The notes beneath the pieces are model-generated. The model was not told the origin of the DNA. It ran no database searches and was given only the letters and a program-made list of their open reading frames with translations. The position numbers and the translations under genes are program-made. Below are positions 37,981 to 49,700 of a stretch of DNA of 64,000 bases, in pieces; positions within the stretch are counted from its first letter, which is position 1, and each line of letters begins with the position of its first letter. Origin of the DNA: Raillietiella orientalis (Eukaryota); the NCBI GenBank assembly GCA_036172245.1, contig JAYWIR010000033.1, forward strand, positions 1,736,001 to 1,800,000, in the 5' to 3' direction.

Positions 37981-40615
37981 AACGTCGGTGGTTTCAAGCC
38001 GCCACCACCCTCATTTCGATGTGGAGCACGGAGCGCTCTCTCTTCCCAGAACCGGGAGACGAGTTGAGCCACGGGGTGCTTTCCACATTCCCGACGCTCT
38101 GGTTTCGTTTCTCGCGGACTCTTGGCTGTGAAAGGAGCCACTCGTGCTTGCGCGGTAGGTGTCCGGGCCCTGTGTGGCTCAGGGAGGCTACGACGGCGAA
38201 GATGGCGCCCCAAAGCGGTTCATTAGTAGTTTTTAATAACTCGGTCAACATTGCGAATTCAATTGGTGTTAGCCAGACAAATTCCTCGGAACGACGTACA
38301 TTTCGTTTTTGTATTAAGCTGAGATTTAATTTCTTGTGATTCAGTTTTTGAAATTAATTATGCATTCACGAGAAACAAATACGAAGGAGGGAGAAAGCGA
38401 AAAAATCGATCTCGGTGATACGTGCATGACCAAATTTTTCAAAGGAGCCGATAGGGTGAATCCAATAGAGTTCAATGCTTTCAATGCTCATTCCACTTCA
38501 TCTGCAGCCTGCACAAATTTTTTGGGAAAAAAAAAATTCCACCTGCACCTTTAGAAGAAGAAAAAAAGCTGCATCGATGCTTTTTAACGATAAACTGCAT
38601 CTGCATCTTGCAGGAACTCAATTTTGGCCGTCCACAATTTCAAATCATTTTCTCAGCCTCATTTCTATCTTAGATGATTTTACTGCTTTGCACTCGGAGG
38701 TGGCTGAAGCACTTCCTCGTACATTATCCACACAGACGAGTGCTTCCATAACCTATTCCTGAAGGTTGCAAAAGTCCTCTGGTCGTGCAGATTGAGTATC
38801 ACGTCAGTTTGCTGCATTGAAATGGACCCTTATAAGTATCTGCTTGTTATGCTTTTCGTTTTTTTTTTCCTTTATTTCTCCACTTCCGTGTGGAATTAAG
38901 GTGGCTATCAACAGATTCCGACAAGTGCTTGGAGTGCTCATGTCTTGAATGGGTGTAATTAGAAGGCATTTGGTCACATTCACTTGATTGGGATCCTTCC
39001 TGGGCAATCTCGGAGTGCTTCTTTTGCTTCTGCATCTTCAGTCGACACAAAAAGCGAAACGATACATCCTGAACGGTTGGCAAGGAGATGAAGGAGCGAA
39101 GCACAAAAGCAATCGGCTGAGTTGTGCACGGGTAATTTAATTGCGACCAGGGGAACAGCAAGTTGGCACAAATAGGTTTAAAGCAGGAGAGACACCTACG
39201 AGGCGCGAAGCTGGGGTGGGAACGGGGCCGAAAGTCTTCACTTCTTTGAAAGATGAGAACACGTCTCCACGCATTCGTAATTTCAGGGCAAATTTGTTTT
39301 GCAAATGGTGAAATGAATGAAACGCTCCGGATTGCTTGACCAAAGGCTCGTCGAGATCGCCATCTTGTGTGGAATCCCTGTGTTTTCAACCCTGCGAAGG
39401 TTCATGGAGATCAGAGTGGTTAGCAGTAGGAATCGCAACTGCGAAAAAAAAAAAAAAAACAGCTATTAAAAGTGTAAACAAGGAAATAAGTGAACGCCTT
39501 CTGAGGATCAAATAATTAATCTCTTCCCGGCAGTATGGATCAATAGGCGAGAAAATCTTGATAGACCACAGGGAAGAAAGAAAAGGTAGTAAATCAAAGC
39601 TTCTTTGGCAGAAGACAGAAACCGCTTTTGTGCGATGGCACCAGATTTTTTGGTATGGAACTTAAATCTCCAGAAGTGTAACATCATGATTAGACGTACA
39701 TGATGAATGTGGAACGGCAAAAGAAAAAAAAAAAAAGAAAAAAAAGGAAGCAAACTGGAGGTAATGAGCAAACGGGAGCAGCAGATCGGCATTTTCGGCA
39801 GGCGCACGGACTCAGACGAGTGGATCGCTCCGGGTCTTGATTAAAGTGGTGGATGCTGCGTCGGATGCAAGATGCGAGAGCCAGGAGGAAAGCAGCAGAA
39901 GAGAGAAAACAACGGAATAATTTGCATGTCAGTTAATCTACCAAGAATTTAATATACGTCGGGCAAGCATTAATGGGAGATGAGTTATAGGCGCGCTAAT
40001 CGCGCTGACAACATTATGGACATTTGGTAACAATGGTTTTCGCGCGGTTCCTAATCTATTAATATCCCAGGCGCGCGGCCACTCGCGTAACAATGGAGCG
40101 AGCGCAGGCTCAATTTATCGACGCGCGCAGCCCACGGATGAGGTGGACGGGCGGCGGTCCCCGGCGCTCGGGCTGCTCGCGGAGAAGAGCGCGCGGCCCC
40201 GCAATCGGTGCTGCTCGGGCAGCTTCCGGCGGGGAGGCCTCGAGCCGGACCACGCGCGGCGGGAACGTCCGGAAGGATGAAGCCGCCCGTGGAGATCCTG
40301 CCTCCCGATCCGCTGATGGGCAGCTGAGGCAGGTCGAGCGGTTCGCTGACCACTTGGGAGCCACCCCCATTCCTCGAGAGGGAGGAACCGAGGTAACACT
40401 GGAAGGCCCCGAGGGAAAACGCAATGCCACACGGGCCCGCGACTGGAAACTTCGGCTGTGTATGAAGACGTCACAGGCATCTACGGAAAAGAGGGAACGC
40501 GGTAGCCACTCACAGGTCGGCAGGAAAGTGAAAGTGGAAAAGGAGAGAGAGACTTTGCAGGATTGGAAATCAATCTCCCCCTTCGCTGTCCTGTCATGAG
40601 GACGGCACGTAGAGA

Positions 40616-40841
40616 GGGAAACAGCGCGTTCCCGCCACCGTGGCCACTCGGGAGCAGCACCCCTTCCCGTTGCGGGGTCCAGTCTAGGACAGCCCGATCC
40701 CTCCGCTGTGGCCAGCTAGGGATAGCGCGTTCCTACTGCAGAGGACAGCTGTAGACAGCACGCTCCCGCTGCCATGGTTAGCCGGGGACAGAGTGTTTCT
40801 GCTGCAGGATCCAGTTGGGGACAGCGCGCCCCCGCAGCGGG
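40616..40841 (+). repeat. Degenerate ~33-bp minisatellite, about 7 units
   Basis: Units approximate GGGACAGCGCGTTCCCGCTGCNNGGCCAGCT, e.g. gggatagcgcgttcctactgcagaggacagct and ggggacagagtgtttctgctgcaggatccagtt. Confidence 0.75.
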
Positions 40842-41593
40842 AAGAAAGTCAGGGACGTGGGGAGTTTGGAGACGTGCGGCGGCCGACTTGGAACCCGCGA
40901 CCCGGGCTGCTCCCCGCGGGCCAAATCGAGCTAAATCGCCGGACGAGACCCGTGAAGACTGTGGCCTTTTTTCCCTTTCTCGCTGCGGCCCTCCGTCGTC
41001 GAAGAGGGCGGAGTCTTTCGGTAGGTCGCCCCGATCCGTCAGCGCGGCGGTAGGGCCTCTGCGAGGGATGACGCGTCCCGGGCGCTCCCTTCGATCTTGG
41101 TGCTAGCGGTCGGCGCCGAACGTGACCTCTGGGAACTCCAGGCTGCTCCTCGAGCCGGGAGCGCCGAGGGAGAGGGAGAAGGGGAAGGAGGATAGGGAGA
41201 GCGGTGACGGTGGGAAAGCAAAGGACGCTCCCCGATGCGCAGGCGCAGAAAGCTGCGGCGAAGAAAGGCGAGGGCATCCCTCGGGATTTTCTCCTCCCCC
41301 CTTCCCGACTCCCCAGCAAGAGGTGCGCGCAGCGCCTGAGGAGCACACGAGCCCTTCCGGGAGATGCGGATGGGGGATTCCTCCTCCCTCCTCCTCCTCC
41401 TTTGCTGCTCCACATCCGTCGGAGGTTCAGGAACAGGGTAACACTTCTCCCGCGCCATCCAGAATAACCGGGAACCCGCGAATCTCGGCGACCAGCGCGA
41501 GACCAGCCCTCCACTCCCACGGCCTCCTAGAAGAATCCTTTCTCCCTAATCCTGGAATGAGGTCTGAGGCGGGCTCGAGGGCAGATGCAGGAG

Positions 41594-42015
41594 AAAGTGG
41601 ATCTCCGGCAGACCACCAATGGATCTCTCTAGTGGGTCTCTTGCGAAGCTCCGATGAATTTCTCGCGAATCCACGGTGGACGCGGAGTGAGTCGGTCGTG
41701 AATATAACGTGGGTCTCAGGAGGGTTTCTGGTGGCTCGCAGGTGGATCTTTCGTGGATTTCAATGAGATCTCTGGTGGATCTCAATTGGAGTTCCGGCGA
41801 CTCTCTGGTGGACCTCTGATGGATCGCAAATAGATCTGTGGTGGACCTCGAGTGGAGGTGGATGTCAAGTGAACCTCTGGTGGTCCTTTGGCGGATCACT
41901 AGGAGATTTGAAGTGAATCTCGAAGGTATCTCCGAAGGACCATCAACGGGTCAAGAGCGGATTTTCAGTGGATCTTCAGTGGAGAGCAGGTGAATCCCTG
42001 GCAGATCTCAGTGAA
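41594..42015 (+). repeat. Degenerate 11-bp tandem array (GTGGATCTCNN)
   Basis: Recurrent gtggatctcaa, gtggacctctg, gtggacctcga, gtggatcttca with about 11-nt spacing. Confidence 0.85.
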
Positions 42016-43156
42016 AGGAACAGGGAGGCTGCAACGGATAAGGAAGCGGGTCTCATGGGGGTACATGGGGGTTCGATCGAAGTCCCCTAGAAGTCCACTC
42101 GAGCAGGTCCGAGTAGCCATTCCTTGAGCTGACACGGGTGTGCTCTCGGGGAGGAAAGGGAAGAGATCTCCAGGATCTTTCCTTGCGGCGCGCGGCACTC
42201 CCTGTGGGCGTGGAGCCTTCCAGGTCGCCGATCGGCCTTTCCCAGCCCCCATGTAGCGCCCCTCGGACGCCACTGCATCCCAGGCCTTGCCGAACTCCCA
42301 CTCCCGGTGTGGGAAAGGGCGCCATTGCAGTAGTTTCTGCGTGCGAGGGATGACACAGGAGAGCCTCAGGGGCAAGAGGAGGAAGAAGGGAGGAGGAGGA
42401 AGGGAGTCTGGCCCTTGCATTCAAGCTGACGTTCACGAGGCACTGAATGCGTGGCAGCCGCGCTTTCCTGGTGGGAAGCACATCTTGGGCGGGATGCCCA
42501 CTCCAGCGAAAAGCAGAGCGACCTCCCCGCGGAATTGTGGAACCAGGCGGGCGGAGGGAGAGCGAAACTCACGCACGCGCACTCTTACATTGTATTTATT
42601 CTTTCCGCTCCTCCACGCAATATGGACGCCGCTCGGCGTCGAGCTAAGGCGAAGGCGGAGGAGGAGCCGGTTTTCGGAGCGCCAGCCGGAGGCTCCGTGC
42701 GCGTGGTTCCACCTCCGTTCCCTCCGATCCCTGCGGAACACCGGGGAACACCGGATCGCGTTTCCCGACCGGGGAGGCGCGCTCGCGCTCCCGCGAGGGC
42801 TGATTAGCGGGCCGAAGTGAGCGCCGGAGAATCTTCGACCTCGCATCCGAAACCCGACTCCCGCGAGCGCGCGCGCACGCACGCACGTGCGTGGCATCGC
42901 GGGGGATCAGGTGGTCGGGACGGCGGTGGCAGGCGTGCGCCGCCCGTCTTCACGAAACGGCTTCGCAGCCTGTCTAAGGCTCGCGAATCTCGAGAGGCGG
43001 GAACCCCACCTCGCGGCTCCAGCTACCTGCGAAGAGATTCCCGTCGTCTGCGCTGCCATCCGCTGCGCGCCCCGCCCTCACGCGTCCCGGCATTCTCCGT
43101 GCCTTCCCTTCCACCGGTTTCCAGGATTGCGGCGTGGTCAGTGCTGGTGCTCTGCG

Positions 43157-43594
43157 CACTCACTTGGGATCCACTTGAAATCCCCTATGACGCGCCGAAG
43201 ATGCACTTGAACTTCTGTGAAGGCCCACCGAGGGTCCACTCCATTTCCGACCTGCTAGTGGTTCGCCTGAAACCCACTTTGAGTCTGTTACTGATCTTAA
43301 AATCCCCTGAGGATCCACTAAAAACAATCCAGAGTTGCAACCCAGTTGGAGTCCTCTATCTATTTTCAAGCTATCCACTGACGATCCACTTGAATTCCGT
43401 AAGAGATCCACTCATGATCACTTGAGATCTTGGAAATATGTCAGATGCGCTTCGGACCCTCGACGGTCCACTCAAGATCCACTTTGAATCCTCTAGAGAT
43501 ATGGGATCCACTAATTCTCTTCACTGAACGACTTTTGTAGAGCCGAACTCACCAACGATCCACTTGGATTACGTGGGAGATCCACTTTGAATCC
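43157..43594 (-). repeat. Degenerate 11-bp tandem array, reverse orientation of the 41594-42015 array
   Basis: Recurrent gggatccactt, gagatccactc, aagatccactt, acgatccactt, the reverse complement of the GTGGATCTC unit. Confidence 0.85.
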
Positions 43595-44919
43595 TCCGCA
43601 TTTCGTTTCGATCTTCTTGCAGCTGCTCTTCTTCTGGTGCTCTTCTTGGAGTTCAGAGACTATTTGTGGCTTCTCTGACGCCAATGGGGTTAGAGATGAG
43701 GAGCGGGAAAGAATGTTACCTTCGTGGTGGGTTCCCCCGTGGACTCCGAATGCACTCGTTGAGACGCGGATTGTGGTAGGCGGGAGCCCGGAGACCCAGG
43801 ATTCTGGAGCAGCAAGCGAGCCTCAACGTCCACTGTTCCGTCTCGCCCGCTCGCTGCCCTCGCGGTCTCCCGGTGCAGGAAGCACCGCGGCCTGCCCGCG
43901 AGATGAGTCAGCGAACCTGCCCGCGTTCTGCAGATGCTACAAGAACGAACGTACTGATCTTGTCTCTTAGGTCTCGTTCGTTCCGGGAATCCAAACTCCC
44001 ACCCCTTTCCTCCATGCTCTGTCCCATCTGATCAGCATTCATCATCGCAGCCCATCACTGCGATGTGACGACGCGATAATTTCCGTTTAGTCCCTGCCGT
44101 CCACTTTCGGTTTTGGTTCCTCACCCCGAGCAGAAGGACTTCCTGAACTGACGACATGCGGCTCTGGAATTTGCCCCTTTTGCTTGAGGTCGTGCGGACT
44201 GAACCGTGCGGGGGCTCCGTTGACAAATTTCAAACGAAGCGTCAGCGCCGGTCGGCTGAAGAAATTTGCGTAGGCCGCCCCGGCTGCCTTCTCCATGATT
44301 CACGCATGCTGCTGCACTTTACGGTGCGAGGACAATGTACAAATGTACACGCCCATTGTCATGCACGACACGCTCACTGCGTGTACACGTGCAGCCGGGG
44401 GAGTGTACGTACCGGATGTGTACGTACGAGTTATGGGATCAGAGGCGATCCTCCATGTATTGTGCACATATTCGATTCTTCCCACGATGGACTTCAATGC
44501 GGGCATTTGAAAAAGCGGACGGTGAGGATGCGCGTTCCTTCTGAATACGAAACCCCCGAAGGCGAAGCGCAGGAGGGGATGCTTTGGCGTTTCGCATGGC
44601 AACGTAAGCTCCAGGTGATCCCCTTGCAAAGTGTCCAGAAGTGGGGAACATTAATTTCCTGCTAAGGAAACCTCTTTCAGGTGTCCCTGGACGCCCGTTG
44701 GCCTTACGTCAGAGGCTGCGTAATCAGCTGGCGGTTTTAAGACTGCTCTTTACAGTTGCAGCAGCAACGGACTTATCTTTCGTGTTTCAGGCGGTAAACA
44801 TCAGGGAGCATTAAAATAGAATATCTAAGAAAAAATATCACGAAAAGAACTATCAGAAAAATTTTCGATGCATTCACAAAGGAGAGAGCGCGCACACACA
44901 CACACCTTCTGCGAACGCG

Positions 44920-44920
<1 letters not shown>

Positions 44921-45000
<80 letters not shown>
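44921..45000. repeat. (AC)40 microsatellite
   Basis: Perfect 80-nt run. Confidence 0.98.
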
Positions 45001-45002
<2 letters not shown>

Positions 45003-46411
45003 AAATCGATGTAATGTCATGCAATTTGATGACTCAGTCATGAGCAAAGAAGATAAACAGAAATTAACAAAAATAGCATACGCTCAAGAGGTGTGCCACT
45101 CGAGAGTCGCCCGAAAGGTAGCGTTCGGAAACTGCGAAAATTTCAGAGCACTCGATGGCACGCTAGCATTCCTTTCCCGTTAACGAGGAGCGAGAGAAAA
45201 AGCGTTGCCTGGAAACGTCTCGGAGGACCAATGGCGTCGGCTCCGCATCCTCCGCATGGGTCCTGGCGAGCGCGGAGTGCGGAAGGCGCGGGCACAAGTT
45301 TGGCCTTCCTCTTCCGACGCCGCGAACCCCGTTGCTTTCTGTGCCACACGCATCCTTCACCCTACGAACGGGAGAACAGGAATGGGGAGACCGCTGTGTC
45401 AGGAGAGAGGGAGAACGGAAACGTACATCTGCAATGATAAGTCTGCAGAAAGCGACAAACAGCAATTATAATGAACTCTGCGTAATTCGGCAGCAGCGCT
45501 CATGCAAACTCTCGCACACACCGGATAAAAAAATTTCCCTGTTTTCGTTCAAGGGAACCCGTCTGGCACTCCCGACTGCCCCATCCCCGGCCATGGATCG
45601 AACACGAGGTTTTCGGAGGACTTGCATCCCCCCTCCTCCCTCCCCGTGCAAGCGCCAAAGAGTCGGCATGGCAGCAAGGGAATGGACGGGAACACGGGAA
45701 AGAAGAAAGGATGCCTTTCGAAGTTCCCCAGCAGCAGCACGCGCCACCATCCCGAGAAAGCAGTGGGGACGCACTGCATTGGAGGCGAGTGGGGAGCGTG
45801 GATCTCTCAGCCCGCGATCCACGGGCTGTGGCGACCCCATGCGAGACGTTCCAGCTCGATTGCTCATTAAAGAGTTGGTGGTCCATCAGGGATGCGAGCA
45901 CTCAAATCCAAGCACTCGATGCCGAAAACTACTTGCAAGAGGGGACGTGCTTACTGTTTAGGAGGGCCCGGGTCCCGGCACGGTGCGTGTGACTTTACCA
46001 GGACCACGCAGAGCATCTCGGGCTTTCCTGAACTTCGTCAGTCAAAATGACATCTATCTGCAGGCGTGGGTGAAGATCGGAAAGTGGGTCCCCTCCCCCC
46101 CAGACACAGGGAGGCATGTGCTCTCCGGGATGCAAAGCGCGAAGCCGCCTCAGCGACGTACGGTATTTACCAGTGGGAGTGAAAATGGGTTCGACTGAAA
46201 TTGAAAATTTACAGAGTCGGAGTGGGAGCTAATGGCTGCTGCCTCCGACTAAACTTTCCCTCGGCACGCAGCTGCCAAAGGCAAATAAAAAACCATGAAG
46301 AGATGCCGTCGTACTTAAAGAGTCCGCGCTCTCGCATGAAGCCGCATTTCGCACCGGAAGTACTCAAATGTGAATTGCCACCTCGATCCCTCCCTCTGCC
46401 TCCGCGATGGT

Positions 46412-46753
46412 TTTCCACCCGGATTTTCCGGGACGCTTACTACGAAAAAAAAATCATCATGATGATGAAAGTCGTAGGATTTGCGTGTTCGTGGTAGAAC
46501 ACGTGGTCGTACCACGCGCGAAGGACTTGCCGGAAAGCGGTGCGCAGAGCGGCGAGGTGCGCTCCGCCGGCGAAGGGGTAGGGAAAACCACGAAAAAGCA
46601 AACGGAAAGGGGGGGAAAAAAAATGGGGAGGGAGGGACGTTTCTTGGGAAGGGATCTTGGGAGACGTTCTCCGCATCCTGCCCAGGATGCTGGCAAGTTC
46701 TGTGCCCTTTTGTCCTAGGTGGGGCCATCTAGGAAGGAGGTCTTCAAGAAGAT
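46412..46753 (-). mobile_element. 5'-truncated L1/Tx1-like LINE, family 1 copy J
   Basis: PRWPHLGQKGTELASILGRM; hairpin 46490-46516; terminus AAGCGTCCCGGAAAATCCGGGTGGAAA. Candidate TSD 46399-46411 / 46754-46766 (10/13, all differences transitions). Confidence 0.8.
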
Positions 46754-49700
46754 CCCCTACGATGGTAGGGCCTTGCACAGGGGCCTCCTGCCCTGGAGCG
46801 CACCGAAATGCACATCTTCCGACACGACTGGGGAAATTCATCATTCGAATGAACAGAAGACAAAATGCCGAAAGCATCTCTGGTCCGTGCATCCAAGCTG
46901 TGCGAACAGACGATAGGACGAATCCCCTGCAATGCGTTCACAAGCATCTGCGGAAGACATTTTTCGCTTTCAGGGAAATTAATTCTCCCACGGTTTTTCT
47001 ACATGCTGAGTGCACATGGGTGACCGATCTTGGTTTCGTCTTGCGGGCCGTCGAAGAAGACGAGTCTCTTCATTCGTCGGTTACTGTCGACAGGACGGTG
47101 TGACTTTATGGGATGGGTTGGAGCAAACTTGTTTTTTCTTCTCATCGAGGAAACAGCTTTTCAAAATGATCTATCGATAAGGAAGGACACCTCCAGTTTC
47201 CCACTGGTGCCTTGCAGGCCTCTCGTCGTCAGCTCAGCTCGAGACGATACTGTAGGGCCTCACGCTCATACAATTTCCAAGCCGAATGGAACCCCTCGAC
47301 CGCTCGCAGAACGTTCCCTCAACTTTCGAAGTGACCACCCTGTTGCCGATCGCATGCAGCTAATTTGCTTTCCAAATTTCTCATGTGTGATCGTCGCTTT
47401 CAGATCAGCTGCTGCCACGGACAAGAACGAAGTACGGAACATCGTGAAGTTCATTACATGAATTTTTGCGAATGGGTGATTATGCAAATCTCGACGGACC
47501 GCGTCTTTCTCTCGAGCACTTCCACAACCTAACGACATTTTCTTCATTTTTTTTCTTTCCGTCCCAGCATCCCGCATCTTCTCAGTGTTCATTGCAGCGA
47601 CGCCTGGAAAATCGATCCGTGACTGAGATGAAAAAAAAAAAAAAAACCCAGCCAGGTTCTTCGCTGGTCACTGTGTCAGTAAGGTTATCACTGTAGGTTT
47701 CTCCATCCCCGCGAACGATCATTCGGATTCCCTGTGGTTATTTGGGGAAGTATTCGCGGTATGCGGAAATTCCAACTTTGCAGCCCATGGACCACACGTA
47801 ATTCCCTGAAACGCTCTTGGAACTTGGAGCATCAGAAGTTTACTTGGTAACGTGTCTTCGGCAGACCTCGGTGAGACTGGCGTGAGCGCATGAGATCGGC
47901 CGCAGTGAAGCCGAAAGCGAGTTTCCACCGCATTTGCTTGTGACACGCATCAATTTTAGATACGAATGGCGGAATAAAGGACTCTCTTCTGCAATATCTG
48001 TATTCTATTTTCCATCCCCCCCTCCGAATTCGTGCCGTGATTAGTGCTCTCTTACATTCATGCAAACATTATAGCCACCTTCGTGTCATTCCAGAGCATT
48101 CCTGGAGTAAAAAATTATGGATTTTAGATAAAGTACGCAAGATGAGCTTCCAATTTCTTCGGGAGTCACTACCAATGTGGCAGATTTTTACTTGCATTTT
48201 GAAAAATCACGACGACACAGATATGCACAATTGTGTGGACGACCCACGGCAACCCGTGTTGGGGCATCACACAGCTCCCCCGTGATAGTCACTGCTTACT
48301 GTGATCTGGAGAATTTTTCAAAGAGCGTTTTCGAATGCCATTTTGAAAACAAGAAAAAAAAAACAAAAAAAAGTAGTCAAGGAAAGCAAGATGGATGGAT
48401 AAAGTTGGATTTCAAATCACCTCGTGGTCTTTAGACCTATCAGTAATACCATTCTATTCTTTTTTTTCTAACCAAAATTTGCTAAATACATTCAAATGCT
48501 GCTTTCTTGTTTCTGGAATTTCTTGTGCCTGCAAAATGAGGTACCTACAGGAGTCCTTGTCGGCCCCGAAGGCCCTCCGAAAGGAGCTCGTGAAACAAAA
48601 GATATTGCAGCACCTTTTCCTTGCTCAGGCAAATAGGCAGTGGGAAACAGCAAAAAGAGGAGGAAGGGGAGGGGAAAAAAAAAAACAAAAAGAAATTTAA
48701 GGTCTTTAAATAGAAAAGTGGAGAGAAGAGAACCATCTGCATCTCTTTGCAACAGGATTCCTGTCCCTCCTCCTCAAGTGGAACAAGCCGGTTTCATGTT
48801 TGGATGTACCCAGGAACACACGACCTGTATGGCTTTCAGCACGCAAGCTGGAGATGGAAAGGTGTTTGGTTAGATTCTCAGTTCTATTTTTAATTGATGT
48901 CATTTCGGATCCTCCATTCTGCTGTTCTCCCCCTCTTGCTGATCGTATTGTGTATGTCTTCACGCATCGACATGGCTCGAACTGCATCATCTGTTTCGCA
49001 AACACACCGCCGTTCCAAGGCCACTTTGAAACAGCTCGGTTTGAGCTTTTCCCACTTAGCATTTTCTCTCTTCCAGGCTTCCAAGATGCATGACTCCGTA
49101 TCCATCGGTGCAGTTGAGAGGATGAAAGATGTTTCTGTTTCTGCATCGAAAGAACGATTTCGAAAAAAAAAAAAAAAAAAAATCAACCATGATGGGAAAA
49201 AAAGAAGCCGGGAAGAAGAATTCCTGGGATCAGATAGATCGAACGGGAGCCAGAATACGAAAAGCCGAAACTAGGGTGAAAAGGAGAGTACTACGAAGAA
49301 ACTTCGCAGAATCCAATTAAAAAATTATCAGCCCCTGGGAATGGGCAAAGTGGGGAACGGGACGACCCATCCCGAGCAAGCTGGTGGTGGCCTTTCTTAG
49401 AGGAAGCAGTCTATTAGTTAGCAAAGAGGCGAAACTTAATTTGGAGGATGGCGCGCTTCCTTGGGGAAAAAAGTGGTGCCGAAAAATGGAAAATGACTTT
49501 CAGGAAGAACCGGAATGGAAATTTCGCTTTTATCAGTGGGGAAGACGAAGGGAGGAAGGGAACAGGAAGGAATCTTCCTCGATGCTTAGAAGGAAAGTCT
49601 TGCGGACGCCCCCCCTGACCGCATTCGATCGAGAACAGGCAGCACCATAGCAACGAAGGATTCGAAACACTAAACTCAGCATCCACAAAAAGAGTGCAAA

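Noticed and set aside
40616..43594. Repeat arrays as CRISPR-like loci
   Set aside because: Units are degenerate and contiguous without unique spacers, there are no cas genes, and the context is eukaryotic.
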